Shown here: positions 46,520 through 55,762 of the stretch, piece after piece
Numbering within the stretch: the first letter of the stretch is position 1
Layout: the number at the start of each line of letters is the position of its first letter
Source of the DNA: an uncultured virus (IMG/VR IMGVR_UViG_3300025736_000015)
Taxonomy: Duplodnaviria; Heunggongvirae; Uroviricota; Caudoviricetes
Virus record (IMG/VR): IMGVR_UViG_3300025736_000015
DNA: 64,000 bases
Strand: one strand, 5' to 3'
The notes under the pieces: generated by a model
What the model saw: the letters and a program-made list of their open reading frames with translations, nothing else
Database searches by the model: none
Told to the model about the DNA's origin: nothing
Program-made: the position numbers and the translations under genes

Positions 46520-47422
46520 ATGGAAGACATCAATATTTATATGGTAAGGCAAAATGAATGGGGAAAACATGTTGTAAAACAATTTAGTCCAAACGAGGAG
46601 AGCAGATGGAATAATGTCGTCTCAGTAAGCAATCCAAAAGATGCAGACTATATAATCTTTATAAGTACACCAGGTGTAATGATACAGATTCCGCCAGAAA
46701 GAACATTATGGTTTATTGGGGAACCAACTGAATTTGATTTCTGTAAAAATTTCTGGAAAAGTATACCAGATACTGCAAATAAATATCCTATTGAGGAATA
46801 TGGAATGCCCGCCTTCTGGCATATACTCAAGAATTATGATTATCTTAACTCCAATGATTTCCCAGAAAAAACAAAAACACTTTCATGGGTCACTACTAAA
46901 TTTGGAGACGGAACAGAAGCATCAGGATGCCAAGTACTTTCTGGTCATAGATTACGAGCTAAATTTTTGAATACGTTTACTAAAAAATATCCAGATAAAA
47001 TTGACCTTTATGGTCGTAAACTAATGAGTTATCTTATTCCTGGTAATTTTGAACATTTTGGTGGAGAACTTGCTGACAAGTGGGATGGCATGAAAGATTA
47101 TCGTTATAGTATTGGTATTGAAAATTCTATGCAGAAAAACTATTTCACGGGTAAATTTACTGATGCCGTTCTCTCTGGTTGTATGCCTATTTACTGGGGT
47201 TGCAACAACATCGGTGATTTATTTCCAAAGAATAGCTATGTCTGGCTTGATATAACCAAGGATGATGCACCTGAACAGGTTCTTGAAATAATAAAGTCAG
47301 ATGTTAGGGAGCAGAACTTGGATGAGCTTAGAGAAGCTAAACGACTCATTCTCGATGAATACAATATGTGGAATCAGATAGCTAAAAGAGTAAATGAGGT
47401 GGATAAAAAACGAAAGTTTTAA
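46520..47422 (+). CDS. GT10 (fucosyltransferase-like) glycosyltransferase
   Basis: YRYSIGIENS...YFTGK..DA...GCMPIYWG. Confidence 0.85.
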   Translation: MEDINIYMVRQNEWGKHVVKQFSPNEESRWNNVVSVSNPKDADYIIFISTPGVMIQIPPERTLWFIGEPTEFDFCKNFWKSIPDTANKYPIEEYGMPAFWHILKNYDYLNSNDFPEKTKTLSWVTTKFGDGTEASGCQVLSGHRLRAKFLNTFTKKYPDKIDLYGRKLMSYLIPGNFEHFGGELADKWDGMKDYRYSIGIENSMQKNYFTGKFTDAVLSGCMPIYWGCNNIGDLFPKNSYVWLDITKDDAPEQVLEIIKSDVREQNLDELREAKRLILDEYNMWNQIAKRVNEVDKKRKF

Positions 47423-49041
47423 TTGTAATACCAGCGAGAGGGGCATCTAAAGGAATACCCAAAAAAAATATGAGAAGACTTGGTAACAAACCCTTAATTG
47501 CTTATCCAATTGAGAAAGCATTAAAACTAAAAGATATTTTGTATAATCATCATTTTGATATAGTGGTTTCTTCAGATGATGAATATATAGAAGAATATGT
47601 TAGTCTTTATCCAGATGTAGAATTTATTAAACGAGAAGAAAAGTTTTCAAAGGATGAAACTCCTCTAGACCCAGTTGTTTATGATGCTTTTCTAAGGTCA
47701 TCAACTCCTTATGATTATGATTTTGTTGTAACACTTGTACCAACAATGCCACTCCTATCAGTAGATACTATGATAAAGGCAATTAAAAAATATCTATCAC
47801 AGAAACGATATAAATCATTAATACTCGTAAAAGATGCTACTCATATCTATTGGCAAAATGATAAACTTCTTACAAAGCGTAAAAATCGACAATTTCTTGA
47901 CCCTGTTTATGAAGAATGTGGTGGTATTATTATTACTCCTGCAAGAGTTTTAAAAACACATAAACAAATATTAACAAAGAAACCATGCTTGTTTGTTTGT
48001 CCTCCAGATGAAAGCGTTGATATTAATAGTTGGTTTGATTTTGTATTAGCTGAAAAACTATTAAATAGGAAAAGAATAGGTTTTAAAGTAGGTGGAAGCC
48101 ATAAAGCGGGTCTTGGCCATGTTTATCGATGTATAAATCTAGCATTGCGATTTATTGAACATGAAATCTATTTCTTTATTGATGAAAGAGATAAAGAAGC
48201 AATAGATGCAGTTAACTCTTTTTTCTTTAAAGTCATTGAATATTATAACAATGACAACCTATTGTGTCAAGTTTGTAAACATAATGTAGATATAATTATA
48301 AATGATACGCTTGGTGTCGATATTAATTTTGCAAGAAGCGTCAATCAATATCTCATACCTATAATAGGTTTTGATGAACCAAATAAAGATTATTGTGCTC
48401 TTACTATTAATCCGCAACTTGAATTTACCGACATATCTGAAGAGAACCTTTATGGATACAAATATAGTGTTATAAGGGAAGATGTTTTAATGTTTCCAAT
48501 TAAAAAATATCCAGACAAAATAGAAAATATACTTGTTACAATGGGTGGTAGCGACCCAGAAGGAGCAACATTAACCGTTATGAATTTTTTAAAAACAGAA
48601 GAAAATGTTACGGTAATTGTAGGTAAATATTTTAGTGATAGACTTAAAAAACAGATAAATAAATTGTCATATGAGCATTCTAATTTCAAGCTTGTGACTG
48701 ATGTTAAATTTATGGGTTCGTATCTGTTTAATGCAGATATAGTTATTACTTCTAATAGTTCTACTGTATATGATTGTGTGTGTCTTGGAACATTTATTAT
48801 AGCTGTTGATAAAGTAAAAGATGAAATGATACATTTGTTTTCTCGTCTCTCTAGAGCTACTATGTATCTTGGTTATCATGAAACTATTTCTAAAAAAAGT
48901 TTTAAGAAGGCTCTTTCTTGGCTTAGTTATGATGTTCCAACTAAATTAGAATATTATGATTCACTTGTTAAGTATGCAAATGAAATTCGTGATGGTCAAC
49001 AGATTGTTAAAGAAAAAATAAATGAGGTGATTAATAGATGA
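47410..49041 (+). CDS. Acylneuraminate cytidylyltransferase (NeuA/PseF-like) fused to PseG/SpsG-like hydrolase; begins at ACG
   Basis: In-frame KVLIVIPARGASKGIPKKN upstream of the first ATG (47470); GLGHVYRC..LA; ILVTMGGSDP. Confidence 0.85.
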   Translation, partial: TKVLIVIPARGASKGIPKKNMRRLGNKPLIAYPIEKALKLKDILYNHHFDIVVSSDDEYIEEYVSLYPDVEFIKREEKFSKDETPLDPVVYDAFLRSSTPYDYDFVVTLVPTMPLLSVDTMIKAIKKYLSQKRYKSLILVKDATHIYWQNDKLLTKRKNRQFLDPVYEECGGIIITPARVLKTHKQILTKKPCLFVCPPDESVDINSWFDFVLAEKLLNRKRIGFKVGGSHKAGLGHVYRCINLALRFIEHEIYFFIDERDKEAIDAVNSFFFKVIEYYNNDNLLCQVCKHNVDIIINDTLGVDINFARSVNQYLIPIIGFDEPNKDYCALTINPQLEFTDISEENLYGYKYSVIREDVLMFPIKKYPDKIENILVTMGGSDPEGATLTVMNFLKTEENVTVIVGKYFSDRLKKQINKLSYEHSNFKLVTDVKFMGSYLFNADIVITSNSSTVYDCVCLGTFIIAVDKVKDEMIHLFSRLSRATMYLGYHETISKKSFKKALSWLSYDVPTKLEYYDSLVKYANEIRDGQQIVKEKINEVINR

Positions 49042-49273
49042 ATAAAAATAATAACCATAATGAATGTATGATGGAGAAAATAGTTGATTTTCTTATAAAG
49101 GCTGGTGAGCATTGTATGACGTGTGAACAGAATAAGATGGAGAATGATAAAAATGATAAGTTATAGGCATAGGGATTGCAAAAATTTTAATCTGGGTTGG
49201 TGTATGTTGAAAGATAAGCAAGTCAATCCAAATGACCCAGCATGTGACCAGGTTCAGCCAATGGTGTGATTAG

Positions 49274-49411
49274 ATGAGTCATGCACAAATATGTCCTGTA
49301 TGTAATGGAGAAGGAATGTTACCACAAAGAGGAACATTAACTGGAGATACGGGGATGCGAACATGCCATGCCTGTGCAGGGACCGGCTGGGTGACTGTAT
49401 ATGGTGATTAA
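49274..49411 (+). CDS. DnaJ-type CxxCxGxG Zn-finger microprotein (45 aa)
   Basis: CPVCNGEG ... CHACAGTG. Confidence 0.7.
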   Translation: MSHAQICPVCNGEGMLPQRGTLTGDTGMRTCHACAGTGWVTVYGD

Positions 49412-49414
49412 TAG

Positions 49415-49582
49415 ATGAAAAAAATAGCTATTTTATCTGGTGTATTTGTTCTTGGTTGTACATTGCTTAAAGCTTTGTTTTTCAGAAATACTTTTATCTA
49501 TAGATGTCCAGAATGTAACTTGGTTATAAGAAAAAATGCTTTTATGTGTGGTAGATGTGATACTTTGTTTGACTGGAGTTGA
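49415..49582 (+). CDS. TM + Zn-ribbon microprotein (55 aa)
   Basis: Hydrophobic N-terminus; CPEC...CGRC. Confidence 0.6.
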   Translation: MKKIAILSGVFVLGCTLLKALFFRNTFIYRCPECNLVIRKNAFMCGRCDTLFDWS

Positions 49583-49772
49583 CTAAAAAATGAATGCATT
49601 ATGCAAACTCTGTAAAACAAATATTGTTGCAATTGATGAAAAACAATTATCAATACTAATGTTAGCTCACATATTTGAAAAACATTTTAATGAAAAAAAG
49701 TATGAATATCCATTGAAACAGATTGTTGAATTATCAAAAGAAGATTTTGAAATAACGGAGGAATATTAAATA

Positions 49773-50501
49773 ATGAAAACACTCATAATCGCTGAAATCG
49801 GTCATAATCATAATGGAGATATGACCATTGCAAAGCAACTAATAAATGAAGCAAAAACAGCTGGAGCAGGCATAGCTAAATTCCAATTATATGATACTGA
49901 TAAACTTGGTATAAAAGAAGCATATGGTCAGGAAGTTTATGATGACCTTAAAACAGGTGAACTAACAAGAGCACAGCTAACAATTTTAAAAGACCACTGT
50001 GACAAAGTAGGTATAGAATTTCTTTGTTCTGTATTTGATATTGAACGAGTAGGATGGACAGAAGAAATCGGTATGAAAAGATATAAAATAGCTAGTAGAA
50101 GTATCAAGGATAGATTACTCATAGAGCAGATATGTAGGACAGGAAAAGACATAATTGCATCATTGGGTATGTGGGAACAACTATGCCCACCAATAATTGA
50201 AACAATGGGAAAAGTTGATTTTTTATATTGCATCGCAAAATATCCAACATTATTTGAAGACATTGATATGCCTATTTTCAATAACTTTGATTATTTTGGA
50301 CTAGAATACTCAGGATTCAGCGACCATACAATAGGCATAGACGCATCGCTTGTAGCAGTAAGCCGTGGAGCCCAGATAATAGAGAAACACTTCACAATAG
50401 ACCGTAACATGCCAGGCTATGACCAAGAAGGAAGTATAGAACCAGCTGAGTTAAAAGAAATGATAAAAAAAATAAAAATAATAGAAGAAATACTTCATTA
50501 A
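49773..50501 (+). CDS. neuB: N-acetylneuraminate/nonulosonate synthase family (NeuB/PseI-like), lacking the C-terminal AFP-like domain
   Basis: IIAEIGHNHNGD, KFQ, KIAS, GFSDHT.G, IEKHFT. Confidence 0.9.
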   Translation: MKTLIIAEIGHNHNGDMTIAKQLINEAKTAGAGIAKFQLYDTDKLGIKEAYGQEVYDDLKTGELTRAQLTILKDHCDKVGIEFLCSVFDIERVGWTEEIGMKRYKIASRSIKDRLLIEQICRTGKDIIASLGMWEQLCPPIIETMGKVDFLYCIAKYPTLFEDIDMPIFNNFDYFGLEYSGFSDHTIGIDASLVAVSRGAQIIEKHFTIDRNMPGYDQEGSIEPAELKEMIKKIKIIEEILH

Positions 50502-51478
50502 ATATGTTCTAGTTGTTCTCTTATTTCATTTTTTGAAAGCAGTCTAGCATTATTACTATTATAAGTAAAACCTTCAGGAACAACCGTTCCACCAATCGCT
50601 ATCCTTTTTTGACCACCCATCGAACCTGACTTAGGAAACTCAGGAGCAACTATAAAATAATCAAAAAATTCTCGGCTATGGTTTGCTTCCAGAGAAGTAA
50701 GCATCGCTTCATGAAGTTTTTCACCAGGACGCATACCAATAATCTTTTGTTCAGCATCAGGAGCAATAACTTCAGCTAACTCAACAAGTTTTGTACTAGG
50801 CATCTTAGGAATAAATATTTCTCCCCCTTGCATTAAATCAAGGAAAAGCTTCATAAATCTTATCCCATCTTGAAGAGTAATAAAGAAACGTGTCATCCTT
50901 GGGTCAGTTATTGTAAGCACTCCGGTTTCTTTTTGTTTCCTGAATAATGGAATAACACTTCCACTGCTACCAGCAAAATTGCCATATCTTACACAACTAA
51001 ACTTTGGACCAGTTTTACCAGAATAAAAATTAGATTGTATGAATAATCTCTCAGCTGTCATCTTAGTGGCTCCATACATCGTAGTTGGTTGAACTGCTTT
51101 ATCTGAGCTAACAGCCAAGACTCTATCAACATTTGTTTCTAATGCAGCATCTATAATGTTAACTGCACCGAGGATATTTGTTTTTATAGCTTCCATAGGA
51201 TTATATTCACATATTGGAACATGTTTCAATGCAGCCATATGAACAACAACATCTGCACCAGCCATAGCTCTTTTTACCCTGTCTTTATCTTGAACATCAC
51301 CAATAAAAAACCGTAATCTATCATCATTAAATTTTTTATCCATTTCTATCTGATTTTTTTCATTCCTACTAAATATCCTAATCGTTTTTGGATTAAATTC
51401 TGAGAGAACATATCTAACAAAGGCACATCCCAAAGAACCCGTTCCACCTGTTAGTAGTATTGTTTTGTTGTTCAACAT
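50498..51478 (-). CDS. pseB: UDP-GlcNAc 4,6-dehydratase (inverting)
   Basis: TGGTGSLG, AALKHVP.CEYNP, DKAV.P...YGATK, RYGN..GS.GSVIP, RMTRF, RPGEKLHE. Confidence 0.9.
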   Translation of the reverse strand: MLNNKTILLTGGTGSLGCAFVRYVLSEFNPKTIRIFSRNEKNQIEMDKKFNDDRLRFFIGDVQDKDRVKRAMAGADVVVHMAALKHVPICEYNPMEAIKTNILGAVNIIDAALETNVDRVLAVSSDKAVQPTTMYGATKMTAERLFIQSNFYSGKTGPKFSCVRYGNFAGSSGSVIPLFRKQKETGVLTITDPRMTRFFITLQDGIRFMKLFLDLMQGGEIFIPKMPSTKLVELAEVIAPDAEQKIIGMRPGEKLHEAMLTSLEANHSREFFDYFIVAPEFPKSGSMGGQKRIAIGGTVVPEGFTYNSNNARLLSKNEIREQLEHI

Positions 51479-51483
51479 GACAA

Positions 51484-51566
51484 TGACATGTTGACATTGG
51501 TATTTATATTTTGTTCAAATAACAAAAACCTTTTTAAACATCAAACAGTTTATTGACAGTGTGACA
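51484..51566. promoter_or_regulatory. Divergent promoter region with two TGWCA-N3-TGWCA boxes
   Basis: TGACA-TGT-TGACA 51484-51496 and TGACA-GTG-TGACA 51554-51566, each beside a start codon. Confidence 0.75.
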
Positions 51567-51716
51567 ATGCCCAATTGGAAAGAAATGTCTAAAGATTTCT
51601 TTTACACAACTCCAGAACAGACGTATGATGAATGGAGAGAGCTTAAATCATTCTTTGCAGGAATGGTAGTAGCAAGTGTTATATGGGCAATTGCATTTGC
51701 AGTAAGGTGTGTATAA
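51567..51716 (+). CDS. Small TM protein (49 aa)
   Basis: MPNWKEMSKDFF...FFAGMVVASVIWAIAFAV. Confidence 0.55.
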   Translation: MPNWKEMSKDFFYTTPEQTYDEWRELKSFFAGMVVASVIWAIAFAVRCV

Positions 51717-51942
51717 AATGGTAGACGAAAGTATAGTAGCAGAAAAATATTTAACTGTAAAAGGAAAAACAGCATTATTTGTAGCTATAGAGGAATATGT
51801 TGATGCGAAAATAGAATTTCAGACAAAATTTACACGAAGCGGATATATAGAAACAGAATATGAAAAATCAAAAACCAGATTTGAAAAAGCACAAGAAGAC
51901 CTTGGAAACAAAATACAAGCATTAAAAATAGCTTTAATATGA
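51709..51942 (+). CDS. Hypothetical helical protein
   Basis: AGGTG SD, probable ATG at 51718. Confidence 0.6.
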   Translation: MYKMVDESIVAEKYLTVKGKTALFVAIEEYVDAKIEFQTKFTRSGYIETEYEKSKTRFEKAQEDLGNKIQALKIALI

Positions 51943-51964
51943 ATAAAAAGGTTTATAAATTGAT

Positions 51965-51977
51965 TGTCAATATGACA
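51965..51977 (+). promoter_or_regulatory. TGWCA-N3-TGWCA box downstream of TTTATAAA
   Basis: TGTCA-ATA-TGACA. Confidence 0.75.
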
Positions 51978-51982
51978 CTACG

Positions 51983-53071
51983 ATGTATAGACCAAGATAT
52001 AGATATTTGTTTTTTGTAGAGCGACCACGTTCTATCTGGACACAGAAAGAACTGATTGGTTATCTTAATAGTCACAATATTACACCACGTTGCATAACAA
52101 AAGACCAACTATCATATGATATTATAAAAGATGAAATTTTTTCTGTTACATCTTCAAATGATGGTAAAATTCATTTTTCTGATTATGATATTATGTTTTC
52201 TGAAACATATGGGATATGGCCATATGCAAAAGAAATATTAACTGCTAGTAAAAAAATTGGAAAAACTAATTTAGTAATAGGTAATTTTCCAGCAATAAAT
52301 AATTTTAAACCAACATTTAAACGACATTATTCACCACAAAATACTACTCTTATAAATGGAATATGTCTCATAGACAAAAGAACCGAAAACTGTATGAATG
52401 CTATTAACCCAGAATTGGATACCCTGGTTACTGGAAATCCAGAATGGGATATTGTTAACACACCTAGTTTCAAAGAAGAAGTAGAATCAGTGAAACAAAA
52501 ATATGGAGAGGATTTGCTTTTGCTGTGTGCCGGTCCATTTGACCATTTTAAAAAACAGCAAGAAGAATATTATAAATGGGTTATAGATAAAGCAGAAGAA
52601 CAAAATTTTAATGTTATTGTAAGTTTTCATGCTGAATCAGAAGAAATACCAGAATATTTTAGAGGACACATAAATACCGTATCTCATAGATATGTTAATC
52701 TTATTGCAGCATCTCATATTTTAACTCGTGTTGCAAGTGGTATAACACAAGAAAGTATGCTTTTTGGAAAGAATGTTGCATCAATACCGTTTTTGTTCTT
52801 AGGTGAAAAAGATAAAGATACAGGATTATATCATGAATGGATTGAAGATGATGATAGATGGAAAGAAAAAACCCTTCCAAGACTTGGTTATGATTTATTC
52901 AATGTTTTACCATTAGTAAACAACAAATCAACTCTATCTGCTTTTTTGTCCTCAAAAAAATTACTTTATTCAACTAGAGATGTAGATAATATTTTTGGGA
53001 TGCCGAAGGTAGCATCATTTAGAGAACATTTTTTTAAAACAGTTGAAAAATATATGGAGGAAAAAAAATGA
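51983..53071 (+). CDS. Putative GT-B fold transferase (capsule/CDP-glycerol/sialyltransferase-like)
   Basis: VTGNPEWD, V..H..., LIAAS..LT..S....ESML.GK.V. Confidence 0.6.
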   Translation: MYRPRYRYLFFVERPRSIWTQKELIGYLNSHNITPRCITKDQLSYDIIKDEIFSVTSSNDGKIHFSDYDIMFSETYGIWPYAKEILTASKKIGKTNLVIGNFPAINNFKPTFKRHYSPQNTTLINGICLIDKRTENCMNAINPELDTLVTGNPEWDIVNTPSFKEEVESVKQKYGEDLLLLCAGPFDHFKKQQEEYYKWVIDKAEEQNFNVIVSFHAESEEIPEYFRGHINTVSHRYVNLIAASHILTRVASGITQESMLFGKNVASIPFLFLGEKDKDTGLYHEWIEDDDRWKEKTLPRLGYDLFNVLPLVNNKSTLSAFLSSKKLLYSTRDVDNIFGMPKVASFREHFFKTVEKYMEEKK

Positions 53072-53385
53072 AAGAGGAACAGGCATGGGATAATATACGG
53101 CATGATAAACTTGTTCAGGAACTAGCTAGAACAAAAGCACATAATGAGCTTGTTAGACTTCAAAAAGAAACACATCTATTTGAGCACGGATTTTATGATA
53201 AAGAAATAGAAGAGTGGTTTCAGTCTTTTGAGTTTGCTGAAGATGGACGGAGTATCAAATTTAAAATCGATAAAGACAGAACTTTATATTTGAATTATTT
53301 TGCAGTGCATGGGGCTGATGCAAAAATTATTAAGGATACTTGGTTCAGATGTAAGTTCCCTGAGTTTTTTGAGGAGGACAAATAA
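53068..53385 (+). CDS. Hypothetical protein, paralog of 57067
   Basis: RLQKETHLFEHGFYD...WFR.KFPEFFEEDK. Confidence 0.7.
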   Translation: MKEEQAWDNIRHDKLVQELARTKAHNELVRLQKETHLFEHGFYDKEIEEWFQSFEFAEDGRSIKFKIDKDRTLYLNYFAVHGADAKIIKDTWFRCKFPEFFEEDK

Positions 53386-53855
53386 TGGGATACCTACCAA
53401 AAAAACTATACGAAGACATTATCAGAAACATGCCAATATTCTGCTTAGATTTAGTTATAATCAAGGATAATAGAGTATTACTCATCAAAAGAGAAAACCA
53501 TCCGATGAAAGGCATATATTTTACACCAGGTGGACGAGTATACAAAAATGAACGAATAGAATGTGCATTAAAGAGAAAAGCAAAAGAAGAAATCGGTATA
53601 GAAATAGAAAAAATACATCCACTAGCTTTTTATGAATTCTTTTTCAAAGATTCACAGGTTAAAGATGCAACTATACATGGAGTTGGCTGGTTTTATCTAT
53701 GCAGACCAGTAGAAAAAGATTTTGAAATAAAACTTGATGCATATGCATCTGACTATAAATGGGAAGGCTTATTCAGTCCAGATTTACACCTAATATTGAA
53801 AGAAATGTTTGATGGAAAAACAGAGATATATTACAAGGAGAAAAAAGATGAATAA
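53385..53855 (+). CDS. GDP-mannose mannosyl hydrolase-like Nudix protein
   Basis: PIFCLDLVI, LLIKR...P.KG.YFTPGGRVYKNE......R...EE.G. Confidence 0.85.
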   Translation: MGYLPKKLYEDIIRNMPIFCLDLVIIKDNRVLLIKRENHPMKGIYFTPGGRVYKNERIECALKRKAKEEIGIEIEKIHPLAFYEFFFKDSQVKDATIHGVGWFYLCRPVEKDFEIKLDAYASDYKWEGLFSPDLHLILKEMFDGKTEIYYKEKKDE

Positions 53856-54435
53856 ACATAATGTATTGGGAGTTATTGCAGCAAGAAAAGGAAGTAAAAG
53901 ATTACCAGGAAAAAATACTAAACTTCTGAATGGAAGACCCTTAATTACATATACAATAAAAACAGCATTGCTCTCTAAAAAAATTAGTGATATTCTAGTA
54001 TATACAAATGATGAACAAATATTGAAAATTGCTGAAGGTTATGGAATAAAAGGTATGAAAGAACCAGACTATCTTGCTGAAGACCATATAATACCAGAGG
54101 TTGCTATAAAATATCTTTTAAGACAGTTAGATGAAATATATGATGCAGTTGTTCTGCTTCAACCTACATCCCCACTTAGAACATGTGAAGATATTGATAA
54201 TTGTATAGAAATGTTTTTTGATGGAAATTTTGATAGTGTTGTTTCTGTTGTTCAATTTAAGAAAATGTATACTTTTATGCCAAATGGTGCCGTTTTTGTA
54301 ATGAAGAATTATACTAAATGGACAAATAATATGGGTCTTTATGTTATGCCCCAAGACCGTTCAATAGATATAGATTTAGAAGAAGATTTTGAACTAGCCG
54401 AAATATTGATGAAAAAAAATGTTAAAAAAACTTAA
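53848..54435 (+). CDS. neuA: Acylneuraminate cytidylyltransferase
   Basis: IAARKGSKRLPGKN, LLQPTSPLR, SIDID..EDF. Confidence 0.9.
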   Translation: MNKHNVLGVIAARKGSKRLPGKNTKLLNGRPLITYTIKTALLSKKISDILVYTNDEQILKIAEGYGIKGMKEPDYLAEDHIIPEVAIKYLLRQLDEIYDAVVLLQPTSPLRTCEDIDNCIEMFFDGNFDSVVSVVQFKKMYTFMPNGAVFVMKNYTKWTNNMGLYVMPQDRSIDIDLEEDFELAEILMKKNVKKT

Positions 54436-54450
54436 AGGAGGTGAAAAAGA

Positions 54451-54651
54451 GTGAAAACCATATTTATATCTGCGAAAGATAAAGAACAGGCAGAAGAATA
54501 TATAAAAAACTATGTAAAAGTAGTAACAAATGTAGCAAGATTAGAAGGTTATGATAAAAATAATATACTTATCGTGTTGCCAAAAGAAGAAGTAACAGAT
54601 GGAGTAATAGAAGAAGCAAAAATGAGAGAATTTAATATAATTCATGCATAG
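54451..54651 (+). CDS. Hypothetical protein
   Basis: GGAGGTGA SD, GTG start. Confidence 0.55.
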   Translation: MKTIFISAKDKEQAEEYIKNYVKVVTNVARLEGYDKNNILIVLPKEEVTDGVIEEAKMREFNIIHA

Positions 54652-54662
54652 ATATAAAAAAA

Positions 54663-55097
54663 ATGCTAAAAAAACTTAAAGAAGAAGATATACCTGAGCT
54701 GTATAGGGAATTGCAAGGATTATCAGAGGAAGATAAAGATTTTTTCCATCCGCATAGTTTTGATAAAAAAACATTACATGGTCTGTTAGATGATGGAGAA
54801 AACTATTATATTTTTACAGATGATGATGAAAACATTGGCTTTGGTTTTCTAAGAACATTCAACAAATACAAAATACCGACATTGGGTTGTATAATCTGGG
54901 AACGACATCGAGAGAAAGGTCATGGCTATATATTAACGAAAGCACTTATTAGAAAAGGAAAAGAACTCGGCTACAAAAAAATAAAACTCAAAGTTTACTC
55001 CAATAATTATAAAGCAATTTTATTATATGAAGGATGTGGATTCAAAAAAGGTGTAAGAAGAGATGATGAAATATGGATGGAACTAAAACATTTATAA
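54663..55097 (+). CDS. GNAT acetyltransferase (PseH-like role possible)
   Basis: R.KG.G, I.LKVYSNN..AI.LYE..GF. Confidence 0.85.
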   Translation: MLKKLKEEDIPELYRELQGLSEEDKDFFHPHSFDKKTLHGLLDDGENYYIFTDDDENIGFGFLRTFNKYKIPTLGCIIWERHREKGHGYILTKALIRKGKELGYKKIKLKVYSNNYKAILLYEGCGFKKGVRRDDEIWMELKHL

Positions 55098-55759
55098 TAG
55101 CAGAAGCAGGAATTGCCCATAATGGCAATTTAAACATTGCCAAGAGATATGTAGACTTAGCAAAACAGCTTGAAGCAGATGCAGTCAAATTTCAAACATT
55201 TTGGCATATCGGATGGCTTAAACAATATGAACTAACCAAAGATGAAACAATAGAATTGAAAGAATATTGTGATGAAAAAAAGATAGCGTTTCTCTCAACA
55301 CCTTGGATATTTGAAGCAGTAGAGTTCTTAGCACCTCTTGTTTCAATGTATAAAATACCTAGCCCGTATAACTGCAATCCAAATTTTTTGAAACATGTAG
55401 CAAGTATGAAAAAACCAATACTTTTGAGTACAGGTAACCAGGTTCATGACAATGGGATGGCGACAGATGAAGAAATACGAAATGCCTTGGCAGTTATTCC
55501 CGATGCAGAGGTTACTTTGTTGCATTGCGTTTCTAAATATCCTTGCAAGGATGAACATTTCGAGAGGATAGAAGAACTTAAAAAGTTTGGTAAACCTGTA
55601 GGGCTATCTGACCATAGCAAAGAAATCAAATTGCCAAAGGTATCTGTTATAGAAAAACATATTATGCTTGATGATGTTTTTTCAATTGATGAATGTGTAT
55701 CTTTGAACCCAATTCAATTTAAACAAATGATAGATTATGTAAGAAAAGAGGAGGAATAA
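55073..55759 (+). CDS. neuB: Second NeuB/PseI-like synthase, shortened
   Basis: FIIAEAGIAHNG, DAVKFQ, LLHCVSKYP, GLSDHS, VIEKH. Confidence 0.85.
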   Translation: MDGTKTFIIAEAGIAHNGNLNIAKRYVDLAKQLEADAVKFQTFWHIGWLKQYELTKDETIELKEYCDEKKIAFLSTPWIFEAVEFLAPLVSMYKIPSPYNCNPNFLKHVASMKKPILLSTGNQVHDNGMATDEEIRNALAVIPDAEVTLLHCVSKYPCKDEHFERIEELKKFGKPVGLSDHSKEIKLPKVSVIEKHIMLDDVFSIDECVSLNPIQFKQMIDYVRKEEE

Positions 55760-55762
55760 TAA

